Assembly: GCA_963845565.1 (NCBI GenBank)
Contig: CAWJSJ010000001.1
Coordinates: 960,001 to 1,024,000 of the forward strand
DNA: 64,000 bases
Direction of reading: 5' to 3'
Source: an uncultured Methylomirabilota bacterium
GTDB taxonomy: Bacteria > Methylomirabilota > Methylomirabilia > Methylomirabilales > 2-02-FULL-66-22
Part shown: positions 30,449-39,732 of the stretch, in pieces
Layout of the letters: each line of letters opens with the position of its first letter
Position numbering within the stretch: position 1 is the stretch's first letter
Position numbers and translations under genes: made by a program
The notes under the pieces: model-generated
Told to the model about the DNA's origin: nothing
Databases searched by the model: none
The model's input: only the letters and a program-made list of their open reading frames with translations

Positions 30449-31351
30449 CTACTCGGACGTCCGCCGCCAGGTGGGCGGAAGACCCGCCCGCCCCCGCTCC
30501 GGGCGACGCGCCGACTGCTCGATGCCGGCCAATACCAGGACCTCCGCGGCCGCCTCCTCGACCGACTTGTCGGTCACATCCACCAGCGGCCACCCCGCGC
30601 GCCCGCACAGGACACGCGCATACTCCAATTCGGCCCAGATCTGCCGCACGTCGGCATAAGGGAACTTCGGCGGGGTCTCCATCTGTTGGAGCCGGGAGCG
30701 TCGCAACTCCAGCAAGCGCTCCGGCTTGATCGTCAGCCCGATCACTTTGTGGACCGGGACACGCGTCAACTCCTCGGGAAGGGGCAAGCTGTGGACGATG
30801 GGGACGTTGGCCACCCGCAAGCCGCGCCAGGCGAGAAACATGCTCAGGGGCGTCTTGGAGGTGCGCGACACCCCGACCAGGACCAGGTCGGCCTGCAGCA
30901 ACCCCTCCGCCCCTTGCCCGTCGTCGTGGCGCACGGTGAAATCCATCACCTCGAAGCGCCGGCGATACTCCGCGTCCATGTCCCGAAAGAGGCCGGGCTT
31001 GGCCAGCGGCTGCAGCGCCAGGAGATCCTCGAGGCGCAGGAGGAGCGGCCCCAGCAAATCGATGGTCGGCACGCGCTGCGCCCGCGCCTCCGTGAGCATG
31101 ACGCTGCGCATCTCCGCAGAGACCAGCGTGTGCACGATGAGGCCGCCCACCTGGTGCGCTTCGCGCACGCACCGTCGCACATCCCCGGCGGTGCGGAGAT
31201 GGGACCGGACGTGGACGTGCACCTTCGCCCCGCGAAACTGCACCAGTGCAGCCCGGACCACCACCTCGGCGGTGTGCCCGGTGGCGTCCGACGCCACCAC
31301 GACCTGATGGGCCGAGGGTGCCGTCGCCGCGCCGGGCGCCTTGCGTCCCAT
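30449..31351 (-). CDS. ppsR: PEP synthase/PPDK regulatory kinase-pyrophosphorylase (DUF299)
   Basis: SDATGHTA, HDDG, GVSRTSKTPLS, ANVP. Confidence 0.92.
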   Translation of the reverse strand: MGRKAPGAATAPSAHQVVVASDATGHTAEVVVRAALVQFRGAKVHVHVRSHLRTAGDVRRCVREAHQVGGLIVHTLVSAEMRSVMLTEARAQRVPTIDLLGPLLLRLEDLLALQPLAKPGLFRDMDAEYRRRFEVMDFTVRHDDGQGAEGLLQADLVLVGVSRTSKTPLSMFLAWRGLRVANVPIVHSLPLPEELTRVPVHKVIGLTIKPERLLELRRSRLQQMETPPKFPYADVRQIWAELEYARVLCGRAGWPLVDVTDKSVEEAAAEVLVLAGIEQSARRPERGRAGLPPTWRRTSE

Positions 31352-32964
31352 CAGGCCGTCTCGAGGATGGGGTACGCCACGGCGGTGATATGGGAATTGA
31401 TCCGCTTCAAGTTGGTCAGGATGTCGAGATGGATCTCGCTGGTGTCGATCGACTCGCGAAATCCGGCGTGCAGTCGCTCGATATGCGCTTGGCGAAAGCG
31501 GCGCTCCGTCTGACTCAGTTCCAGCTTCCGCTCCAGCACCTGCTGCGCGAGGACCGGATCGTTGCTGGCGAAGGCGGCGATGGCCAACTCCAGGTTCTGC
31601 TGGACCTTTTTGTGAAGCAGGGCGATCTCCTGTGCCCCGGCCTCGGAAAAGCGCGCCCCCTTGTTGAGCTTCTTCTTCGCCAACTCCATCAGATTCTTGT
31701 CGACGATGTCCCCGATGTTTTCCAGGTTATTGACGAAGGAGAGGATCCCGATCTCGCGCTTGCTCTGCTCGCCGGTCAAGCTCTGCTGGGAGAGCTTGGT
31801 CAGGTAGTGCTTGATGTCGCGATCCAGGGTGTCCACTTGGTTGTCCCGCTCTTCGATCCGGTCGATCAGTTCGAGATCCTCGCGGGTGAACGTGTCGATG
31901 GTCTTGGCGAACATCTCGGACACGATGTCCGCCATGCGCAGCGCCTCGCGATGCGCCTGCCCCAGCGCCAGGGCCGGCGTGTCGAGCACCCGCTCGTCCA
32001 GGTACTTGGATTTGAACACCCCCTCCGCTTCCGCGCTTTCGGGGACCAGCATCGAAATGACCCGCGCCAGGGCGGCGGAAAACGGCAGGAAGAGGACCGT
32101 GATGCCGACGTTGAACAGCGTGTGCGCGTTGGCGATCTGCCGCGGCACGTCGCTCGCCGTCATCTCGGCCAGCCGGGCGAAGGGGGTGATGAACGGGAAA
32201 AACACCAGCACCCCGACGACCTTGAAGAAGACATGCGCGATGGCCACCCGCTTGGCTTCCGTGTGCGTCCCGATGGAGCTGGCAAAGGCGGTCACGCAGG
32301 TCCCGATGTTGGCCCCATAGATCACCGGGATGGCGGCGGTCAGCGGGAGGAGTCCCTGCAGGGACAGGGTGATCGCCAGGCCGATGGTCGCCGCGGAGCT
32401 GTGCACGAGGGCGGAAAATGTGGCGGCCACGATCAGGCCGAGGAACGGTTGGTCGCTGAGCGAGACCAGGAGGAGGCGGAAGACCTCGCTGTCGCGCAGG
32501 GGCACCATCGCGTCGGACATCACCTTCATCGCGAAGAAGATGAAGCCGAAGCCCAGGACCGCCTGCCCGACGAACTTCAGGACTTTCCGGCGAGAGACGA
32601 AGATCAGCGTAAAGCCGACGCCGACCAGAAGCAACGCGTAGTCGAAGATCTTGAAGGCGATGAGCTGAACGGTGATGGTCGTCCCGATGTCGGCCCCCAG
32701 GATCACGCTCACCGACTGGGCCAACGTCATGAGCCCGGAGCTGGCGAAGCCCACCAGCATCACGGTGGTGGCGCTGGACGACTGGACGACGGCGGTAATG
32801 AAGGCGCCCGCCAGCATCCCCTTGATGCGGCTGTTGGTGATCCCGCTGAGGATCTGCCGCATCCGACCGCCGGCGGCCTGCTGGAGCCCCTCCCCCACCA
32901 GCTGCATCCCGTAGAGAAGCAGGGCCATTCCCCCGAACAGGGCGATGAGCATCGCGTTGGTCAC
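31351..32964 (-). CDS. Na+/phosphate cotransporter (NptA/YjbB family) with PhoU domain
   Basis: VQSSSAT and HSSAAT repeats, GADIGT/GANIGT, IANAHTLFN, LENIGD. Confidence 0.92.
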   Translation of the reverse strand: MTNAMLIALFGGMALLLYGMQLVGEGLQQAAGGRMRQILSGITNSRIKGMLAGAFITAVVQSSSATTVMLVGFASSGLMTLAQSVSVILGADIGTTITVQLIAFKIFDYALLLVGVGFTLIFVSRRKVLKFVGQAVLGFGFIFFAMKVMSDAMVPLRDSEVFRLLLVSLSDQPFLGLIVAATFSALVHSSAATIGLAITLSLQGLLPLTAAIPVIYGANIGTCVTAFASSIGTHTEAKRVAIAHVFFKVVGVLVFFPFITPFARLAEMTASDVPRQIANAHTLFNVGITVLFLPFSAALARVISMLVPESAEAEGVFKSKYLDERVLDTPALALGQAHREALRMADIVSEMFAKTIDTFTREDLELIDRIEERDNQVDTLDRDIKHYLTKLSQQSLTGEQSKREIGILSFVNNLENIGDIVDKNLMELAKKKLNKGARFSEAGAQEIALLHKKVQQNLELAIAAFASNDPVLAQQVLERKLELSQTERRFRQAHIERLHAGFRESIDTSEIHLDILTNLKRINSHITAVAYPILETA

Positions 32965-33057
32965 GGTGGGATGGTTCCCCTCGCAAACGACAGCCACCGG
33001 ATCGCCGTCGCGCTCGCGCGTGGCGGCGCCACGGGACACAACGGTGAAACCTGGCCC

Positions 33058-33086
33058 TGTGTAACATACGGTCAGGAGCGTGTCAA
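33058..33086 (-). promoter_or_regulatory. sigma70 promoter of the Na/Pi cotransporter operon
   Basis: TTGACA-17-TACACA with extended TG. Confidence 0.6.
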
Positions 33087-33303
33087 GAAAGCCCCCGACC
33101 GCCCCAACCGCCACGCGATCGTCCTCGGCGACGACCGCGGCCCGCCGCGAGACCGGCCGCCTATCCCGGTGCCTCCTCGCGGAGCGGCACATTCAGCGGG
33201 TTGGCAAGATACCGATCGCGGCATCCCGGGCACAGGAGATGCCGTTCGCTTTGGCCATGGCCCGCCCTGCGCGGTCAGCCGTCCGATACGCGTCCGCCGG
33301 GTT

Positions 33304-34944
33304 TCAGCGATCCCCGCGTGCCGGGTCGGCGTCGCGGATCAACGCGACTTCGTCGCAGCAGGTGAAGTTCGCGCACCGGATGCAGTCCTTCCAGATCTTC
33401 TGGGGGAGTTCCCGCTTGTCCAGCGTCCGAAAGCCGAGCTGTTCGAAGAATCCGGGACGATAGGTCAAGGCGAACACGCGCCGGATACCCAGCTGCGCCG
33501 CCTCCGCCACACACGCGCCAACCAGCGCCTTTCCGAAGCCACGCCCTCCGTGGCTTTCCAGCACGGCCAGCGAGCGTACCTCGGCCAGGTCCTCCCAGTA
33601 CAGCCACAGCGCACACACGCCCACCACCTGACCCTCCACCTCGCATACGAAAAAGTCGCGTAGGTGCTGATAGATCTCATTGAGCGTTCGATGGAGCAGT
33701 TCTCCCCGTGCCGCAAAATGCGCCAAGAGCTTCTGGATGGCGGGGCCGTCCGCCGCCCGGGCCTTTCGCACCTGCGCCGGCGCCCCGGTGCCCGGGCGCT
33801 CGTCGCTCGCGCCGCCCGACCGCCCTTCCGCGCCCTCGTTCCCGTTCTCGGCTCTCGACTCTTGGCTCGCGGCTCGCGGCTCGCGGCTGCCCTCCATCGG
33901 CTCTCGGCTCTCCACTCCCACCCCCTCGATCGTCACGGAACCCGGTCCACCCACCTCCCCACGCACTTGCACCGGGCACCCCAGGATCTGCTGCGCCAGC
34001 GCGAGCGCCGTGACGAGGTGGGGCGTCAGGCGCCCGGTGGTGACGCGGGACGTACCCGCCGCCAGCGCCATCGGCACCACCAGCTGATCTGCCAGGTACG
34101 GATCGCATCCGACATCCGCGCCGGCGAACTCCAGCAACGCATCCACCGCCTCGTCGGCCACCGTCTCGGCACGCTTCCCGCGCGCCCCCAAGGCCGAGAA
34201 ACCCCCGCAACTCCCCGTGGCGTGGGCCGCCAAGAACAGGGCGCTCCCGGGATTCGATGCCTCCCGCTCGCCGACCTCGATGACCGCATTCTGCCCGGCC
34301 GCCTCGAGTCGCTGCAGTGCGTGCGCCCGCTGCCGCTCGGCAATGCCGCGGGGAAGACCCGCCACCGTCGAGACCCCGCGCACGGACAACGGGCCGTCCC
34401 GATGCACGAGCGCAAGCGGCCGAAGGACCGCCCCTCCTCCCATGTCCAGGACGATCTGCCCCCCGCCTTTCGGGTAGAATCCCCACCGGGGGATTCCCAG
34501 GCTGGCCTGGATCCCCATGCAGACCAGGAGGGGCAGGAACACCGCCTGCACGTACTCTGCGGGCGGGCTCCCCGGGACGTGTGTGCCCCCGAGGAGCGTG
34601 ACGCGCGACGCCCCCTCCGCCAGGGCCAACGGCAGAAGAACAGCCTGGAGCACCAGTGCCGTCGAGCCGGCCGTCCCGACGTCAAAGCGGTACTCGCCAG
34701 GACGGAGGAGGCCCGGAGCAAACGTCACAGCTCGTGAGCCCAGACTCGCCCCCCGGACCTCGGCCTCGCACATGGCGGCCAGCGCGTTCACCACGGTCAG
34801 ATGCTGGGGTTGCAGGCCGGGGATCCGCCGTCCCGCGCGGATGTCGTGGACGTGTACCGGGACCCCGCGAACGGCGGCCAGCGTCAGGGCCGTCCGGAGA
34901 ACCTGCCCACCTCCCTCTCCTTGCCCACCGTCAATCTGGATCAC
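33304..34944 (-). CDS. rtcA: RNA 3'-terminal phosphate cyclase fused to a short ArgA-like GNAT acetyltransferase
   Basis: IDG.QGEGGGQVLRT, PGL.PQH, GGTHV, GFYPKGGG, YLADQL, TPH; then LAEVRSLAV, VFALTY..FF..LGF, LPQKIW.DC..C..F..CDE. Confidence 0.88.
   Translation of the reverse strand: MIQIDGGQGEGGGQVLRTALTLAAVRGVPVHVHDIRAGRRIPGLQPQHLTVVNALAAMCEAEVRGASLGSRAVTFAPGLLRPGEYRFDVGTAGSTALVLQAVLLPLALAEGASRVTLLGGTHVPGSPPAEYVQAVFLPLLVCMGIQASLGIPRWGFYPKGGGQIVLDMGGGAVLRPLALVHRDGPLSVRGVSTVAGLPRGIAERQRAHALQRLEAAGQNAVIEVGEREASNPGSALFLAAHATGSCGGFSALGARGKRAETVADEAVDALLEFAGADVGCDPYLADQLVVPMALAAGTSRVTTGRLTPHLVTALALAQQILGCPVQVRGEVGGPGSVTIEGVGVESREPMEGSREPRAASQESRAENGNEGAEGRSGGASDERPGTGAPAQVRKARAADGPAIQKLLAHFAARGELLHRTLNEIYQHLRDFFVCEVEGQVVGVCALWLYWEDLAEVRSLAVLESHGGRGFGKALVGACVAEAAQLGIRRVFALTYRPGFFEQLGFRTLDKRELPQKIWKDCIRCANFTCCDEVALIRDADPARGDR
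33845..33912. repeat. Heptamer tandem array (GAGAGCC/GCGAGCC) in the RtcA-GNAT linker
   Basis: About ten degenerate 7-nt units on the minus strand. Confidence 0.7.
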
Positions 34945-35147
34945 GCGTGTGCGACCTCGGACAGAGGTTTCTTGCCAAGTTACGCCCCTTCTTACCACTG
35001 CGATTTGGCGAGTGTCAAGACCGACCCCGCGACGATGGCGAATCGCGGGGAATCCGTGGTCGAACCGACCGGCGGCAGCGATCGTGGCAACCTCCAAATT
35101 CGGGTGCGTTCGGCGCCATCAGAAAACCTCCAAACCCTAGAAAACAC

Positions 35148-35176
35148 TTGACATTCGAGGGGCTCATCAATACATT
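35148..35176 (+). promoter_or_regulatory. sigma70 promoter of the D-2-hydroxyacid dehydrogenase gene
   Basis: TTGACA-17-TACATT. Confidence 0.75.
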
Positions 35177-35231
35177 GGCGCTCGTTCTCGGACCCGTCGC
35201 CTGGCCAGACGCCCCTCGAAAGGAGGCCCCT

Positions 35232-36209
35232 GTGAGACCGAAGGTGCTGGTGTCCCGCAAAGTCTTCGACGAAGCCTTGGCCCTGCTCAGCAAGAGTTTC
35301 GAGGTCGAGTCGAACCAGCGTGATGTTCCCTTTACACCGATCCAGCTCGTCAAGAAACTGCAGGGGAAATCCGGGGCGATCGTCCTGTTGACCGACATGA
35401 TCGACGATCGATTGCTGGCCCAGTGCCCGGACCTCAAAGTCGTCTGCAACGTAGCCGTCGGATACAACAACGTCGACGTCAAGGCCGCCACCCGCCGCGG
35501 GATCATGATCTGCAATACGCCGGGCGTGTTGGATGATACCACGGCCGACTTCACCTGGACCTTGCTCTTGGCCACCGCGCGCCGCGTGGTGGAATCGGAC
35601 AAGTTCTTCCGGGCGGGGAAGTGGAAGGGGTGGGGCCTGATGCAGTTCACCGGCTACGACGTGCACCACAAGACGTTGGGCGTCGTGGGGTTCGGCCGCA
35701 TCGGCAAGGGCGTCGCCCGGCGCGCCAAGGGATTCGACATGCGCGTGATCTACACCGATGTCCAGCGCGTGGACGAGGCGACCGAGCGCGAGTACGGGGT
35801 CATGTATGTGGACAAGCGGACGTTATTGCGGGAGTCCGACTTCGTCTCCTTGCACATCCCCCTCTTTCCGGAGACCCGCCACTACCTGTCCGATCCCGAG
35901 TTCGCGTTGATGAAGAGGACGGCCATCCTGGTCAATGCCGCGCGCGGACCGATCGTGGACGAGAAGGCCCTGGTCAAAGCCCTCCGGGACGGGAAGATCG
36001 CCGGTGCCGGCCTGGACGTGTACGAGCGGGAGCCCAAGTGCGAGCGCGCCCTGATCCCCATGAAGCAGGTCGTTCTCGCGCCGCATACCGCCAGCGCCTC
36101 GATCGAGACCCGGACCAAGATGGCCATGATGGCCGTGCAGAACTGCATCACGGGCGTCAATGGGCAGCGACCTGCGAACATCGTGAATCCGGAAGTCCTC
36201 GCCCGCTGA
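35232..36209 (+). CDS. D-glycerate dehydrogenase / glyoxylate reductase (GyaR-like)
   Basis: AVGYNNVD, NTPGVL..TTAD, GFGRIG, N.ARG, GLDVYE.EP, APHTAS; AGGAGG RBS. Confidence 0.92.
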   Translation: MRPKVLVSRKVFDEALALLSKSFEVESNQRDVPFTPIQLVKKLQGKSGAIVLLTDMIDDRLLAQCPDLKVVCNVAVGYNNVDVKAATRRGIMICNTPGVLDDTTADFTWTLLLATARRVVESDKFFRAGKWKGWGLMQFTGYDVHHKTLGVVGFGRIGKGVARRAKGFDMRVIYTDVQRVDEATEREYGVMYVDKRTLLRESDFVSLHIPLFPETRHYLSDPEFALMKRTAILVNAARGPIVDEKALVKALRDGKIAGAGLDVYEREPKCERALIPMKQVVLAPHTASASIETRTKMAMMAVQNCITGVNGQRPANIVNPEVLAR

Positions 36210-36226
36210 CCGCCGGGCCCCCGCAC

Positions 36227-36260
36227 AAAAAACCCCGGCGTCCGATGCGGCCGCCGGGGT
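36227..36260 (-). terminator. Intrinsic terminator between the convergent gyaR and DUF151 genes
   Basis: CCCCGGCG...CGCCGGGG stem followed by a T6 tract on the minus strand. Confidence 0.7.
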
Positions 36261-36280
36261 CCGAGCGAGGTGCCTGCGCC

Positions 36281-36766
36281 TCACATCCGGTACCTGCCGA
36301 AGTCCTCGGGCTTCAAGTTCTCCAGCCACTCCTTCCACTTGTCCGTCTCTTCCTTCTCTTCGGAGATCTCGACACTCTTCGCCTGGGACACCACGTTCTC
36401 GGTCACAAAGATGGGCGCGTTCACCCGGAGCGCAAGGGCGATCGCATCGCTGGGGCGGGAGTCGATGTTGATCACCGTGCCGTTGTGGTTGAGTTCGATC
36501 ACGGCGAAGAACGTGTTGTCCTTCAAATCGTTGACGATCACCTGTCGCACGGTGACCCCGAGCCCATCCAACACGCTCTTGAGCAGGTCGTGGGTCATCG
36601 GCCGGGGCGTCGTGACCTTCTCGAGTTCCAAGGCGATGGCATTGGCCTCGAAGATCCCGACCCAAATCGGCAGCGCCTTCCGCTCGTCGACGTCCTTCAA
36701 GATGATAATGGGCATATTGGTGATGGGATCCAGCGCGATCCCGCGCACCGTCATTTGAACCAGCAT
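36281..36766 (-). CDS. Bifunctional nuclease family protein (DUF151)
   Basis: LPIWVG.FEA.AI, RPMTHDL, IDSRPSDAIALA. Confidence 0.93.
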   Translation of the reverse strand: MLVQMTVRGIALDPITNMPIIILKDVDERKALPIWVGIFEANAIALELEKVTTPRPMTHDLLKSVLDGLGVTVRQVIVNDLKDNTFFAVIELNHNGTVINIDSRPSDAIALALRVNAPIFVTENVVSQAKSVEISEEKEETDKWKEWLENLKPEDFGRYRM

Positions 36767-36775
36767 GGCCCCCTC

Positions 36776-37267
36776 CTACCCTCGCTCTCCCCGGAAAAAG
36801 GGGACCAGCTTCTCGTAGGTCGATTCCAGGTAGTCTGGCATGACCTTCGTCTCGGCCAGGACCGGCATGAAATTGGTGTCGCCCACCCAGCGGGGCACCA
36901 CGTGCATGTGCACATGATCCGCCACTCCGGCGCCTGCCGCTTTCCCCAGATTAATCCCCAGGTTGAAACCCTCCGCACGGAAACGCTCGCGCAGGATCCG
37001 GGTCGTCCGCTGGGACTCGTGCATGATTTCCAAGGTGTCCTCGGCCGACAACTGCCCCAGATCGGCGCAATGCCGGTAGGGAACGACCATCAGGTGCCCG
37101 TTGTTGTACGGGTACCGATTCATCACCACGTACGTCCGCGGGCCTCGATGCAGAATGAGCGTTTGACGATCGTCGACCTCGCGCGGCAATTCGCACAGCA
37201 GGCACCCGTCGGGGCGCGGTCCGTCGATATACGCCATCCGCCACGGCGCCCAGAGCGTCGATGTCAT
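36776..37267 (-). CDS. HIT-family protein (Ap4A hydrolase/phosphorylase-like)
   Basis: LWAPWRM.YI, NRYPYNNGHLM, GAGVADHVHMHVVPRW.GD. Confidence 0.92.
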   Translation of the reverse strand: MTSTLWAPWRMAYIDGPRPDGCLLCELPREVDDRQTLILHRGPRTYVVMNRYPYNNGHLMVVPYRHCADLGQLSAEDTLEIMHESQRTTRILRERFRAEGFNLGINLGKAAGAGVADHVHMHVVPRWVGDTNFMPVLAETKVMPDYLESTYEKLVPFFRGERG

Positions 37268-39147
37268 CCGCGCCCCTGCGGCACCGCGACGACCGCCCCC
37301 GGCGCGGTGCGTTCGGTCCCGAGCCGGTAAATCGCAATCGATCGGCCCACGCCTTTGAACTTAGCATCGCCCACATACTCTAGCAAGACATTTTTTCCCA
37401 GCACCTCGTCGAAAAATCGGTACCCGTGCACCCCGCCGCGCGCCCACGGCTCGGCCATCCCCTGCCGCACCACCTCTTCCACCGTGTCCTGGCTGACCAC
37501 GATGCCGGTGTTGTACAGGGTGCCGGCGTCGTCCACCCACACCTCCCGCCGGCCGCCGGCGTCGTCCAGGGGAATCTGGGGCTGGTCGTCCCCTGCAGCG
37601 TCGTCCGCCATCCCGCTCTGCACCTTCCCGGAATTGGACAGTCGGCCGGCGATATTCACGTTCCGGCCGATGACCGTCCGGTCCATGCTCTGATCATTCA
37701 GCACGAAATGCGCCACCTGCGCCCGCCCCGTGTGAACGCTGATCCCGATGGTGAAGTCGGTCCGACGGTCGGCGCGGAGCCCGGCCATCAACTCCTGAAT
37801 GGCCAACGCCGTGCGCAGCGCGTTGATCTCATCCTGGGGCGTCACGCGCGAGAAACCGAAGGTGATCATGGCGCCGTCGCCGGTGAACTTGTCGATGCGG
37901 CCCCGGTACCGTTCCACCAGCGCCGCGAACGGATCGAACACCTCGTAGAGATGGTGCGCCAGTTCGCGCTCCGACACCCCGCCCTCCGAGGTGGCCGTGA
38001 ACCCGCGCACATCGGCGAACACCACCGTGATCTTCCGGGCGAGTTTCCAGATCTCGCCGTCGGGATGGAAGCGGAAGAGGCGCCCCTCGTCGTAGCGCGT
38101 TCGAAGCTCGACCTCCGATTGCGCGTACCCGACCACGCCCACCGCTTGGCGGGCCAGATCCACCACCTCGCTGCGCTTCACCGCCTGCAGGAGATCGAGG
38201 TAATCCAGCACCAGTTCGCCCCAGGCGCGGTGGGTGGCGCGTTCCAGTCGTCCGACCGGCGAATTGAACCCGACCGCCCAGGCGCCGGCGAATTCCGCCA
38301 GCAGATAGGTCACCACATGACTGTTAAAGAGCAGCCGGGTGACGGACCGCTCCTCGTCGTACGCATCCGGGCGCACCCCGGGCAACCAGCGACGGAACAT
38401 CTCCATCATCCGGGGGTCCTTCCGCTGCAACACGGCCCGCAATCGCTCCCGAAACGCGGCGTGCACCTCGCGGAACTCCCGGAAGTTCAACCGGAATCGC
38501 TTATTGTTCTCGACCAACAACTGGGGAAACGTCAGACGCGCGAGGCTGGTGTCGGTGAAGGGGATCTGGTCGTCGATGATGCAGTCGATCAGCGCGGTGT
38601 TGAAGTCCACCCCCAGATTCTGCCGTAACGGGTTTCCGCTCTGGTGCTTGAAGCGCGCCCACACACGCTCGAAGGCGTTGCGGTGGACCCCTTGCAGGAA
38701 CGGGTGCATCTGGTACTTAAGATCCAGCTTGATCCGTGGCTGCGAGAAGAAGTCCTGCAGCACCTCCGCCACCGCCTTGGAATGCGCCAGCCAGAACAGG
38801 TTCATCAACCCCAGACGACGCTCCTGCTCGATGACGCTGGCCAGAACGGTTTCCAGGACCTGCTCGAACTGATCCAGGGGGGCCGCGCCGCTCCCGTGCG
38901 TGAAGGCGGCATGCTCCCCACCGCCGGCCGTCGCGGTCAGGCCGCGGTAGAGGTATTCCACCAGGTCCCGGAGGCACTTTCGCAAGGGCGGAAAGAGGTC
39001 CACCAGGAAGAGATCGCCCGTCGCCGGATCGAGAGGTCCGTCCGGCAGTTCGGGAACGCGACCCCCGAAAAGTTCTTCGATCTCCGCCACGGTCCCCGCA
39101 ATGAAGCGCGGATCCGGAGCCGACGGACCCCCGAAAATCCTCCGCAT
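37264..39147 (-). CDS. Soluble class III nucleotide cyclase with an unrecognised ~400-aa N-terminal region
   Basis: VVFADVRGFT, DKFTGDG, ISVHTG, TVIGRNVNIAGRL, FKG. Confidence 0.85.
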   Translation of the reverse strand: MRRIFGGPSAPDPRFIAGTVAEIEELFGGRVPELPDGPLDPATGDLFLVDLFPPLRKCLRDLVEYLYRGLTATAGGGEHAAFTHGSGAAPLDQFEQVLETVLASVIEQERRLGLMNLFWLAHSKAVAEVLQDFFSQPRIKLDLKYQMHPFLQGVHRNAFERVWARFKHQSGNPLRQNLGVDFNTALIDCIIDDQIPFTDTSLARLTFPQLLVENNKRFRLNFREFREVHAAFRERLRAVLQRKDPRMMEMFRRWLPGVRPDAYDEERSVTRLLFNSHVVTYLLAEFAGAWAVGFNSPVGRLERATHRAWGELVLDYLDLLQAVKRSEVVDLARQAVGVVGYAQSEVELRTRYDEGRLFRFHPDGEIWKLARKITVVFADVRGFTATSEGGVSERELAHHLYEVFDPFAALVERYRGRIDKFTGDGAMITFGFSRVTPQDEINALRTALAIQELMAGLRADRRTDFTIGISVHTGRAQVAHFVLNDQSMDRTVIGRNVNIAGRLSNSGKVQSGMADDAAGDDQPQIPLDDAGGRREVWVDDAGTLYNTGIVVSQDTVEEVVRQGMAEPWARGGVHGYRFFDEVLGKNVLLEYVGDAKFKGVGRSIAIYRLGTERTAPGAVVAVPQGRG

Positions 39148-39189
39148 ATGCCCCTCGACTCGTCCTGATTTCCCCACCACTGCCGGAAT

Positions 39190-39217
39190 GAAAAAGCAGG
39201 GCGGGACGCCCTGCTTT
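39190..39217 (-). terminator. Intrinsic terminator after ihfB
   Basis: AAAGCAGGGCG-GGA-CGCCCTGCTTT with a T-tract on the minus strand. Confidence 0.75.
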
Positions 39218-39243
39218 CCACTGCGGGGATTCGATCCCGGAGG

Positions 39244-39525
39244 TTATGAGTCCACGAGCGCCTTCAACTCCTTGCCCGGTTTGAAATACGGCACGCGCTT
39301 GGCCGGCACTTGGACCGGCTTGCCCGTCTGGGGATTCCGGCCTTGGCGCGCGCGCCGGCGGCGCACGCGGAAGCTGCCGAACCCGCGCAGTTCGACCTTG
39401 GCGTCATTCGCCAACGCCAGCGCCTGCGAGATGCTGTCAAAGATGGTATCGATGACGACTTCGGTGTCCTTCTTCGTCAGGTTGACCTGCGTTGCCACCT
39501 TTTCTACCAGATCGGCCTTCGTCAT
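39244..39525 (-). CDS. ihfB: Integration host factor beta / HU family
   Basis: MTKADL, VELRGFGSF, GRNPQTG, FKPGKEL; follows rpsA. Confidence 0.85.
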   Translation of the reverse strand: MTKADLVEKVATQVNLTKKDTEVVIDTIFDSISQALALANDAKVELRGFGSFRVRRRRARQGRNPQTGKPVQVPAKRVPYFKPGKELKALVDS

Positions 39526-39732
39526 GGACTCCACCTCCTTAACGTGCAGTATGCCCTGCGACCCCAGGCGTGTCCCGGATCATCAGCCTCGCGGCCATCG
39601 CGAGGCACGCGGCGGCGAGCAGTCGGTCCGGACGTCGACGCTGCGGACCCCGCGCGCGCCAGACCGCGCTATGCTTCCCACGCCGACGGAACGGTACCTC
39701 CGCCCTGCGGTTGCGTCCGACCCCGCCAGCCC

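Noticed and set aside
36281..39147. Pycsar anti-phage system
   Set aside because: The cyclase has adenine-type specificity residues, there is no cNMP-binding TM/TIR effector, and the context is housekeeping; kept only as a generic signalling hypothesis
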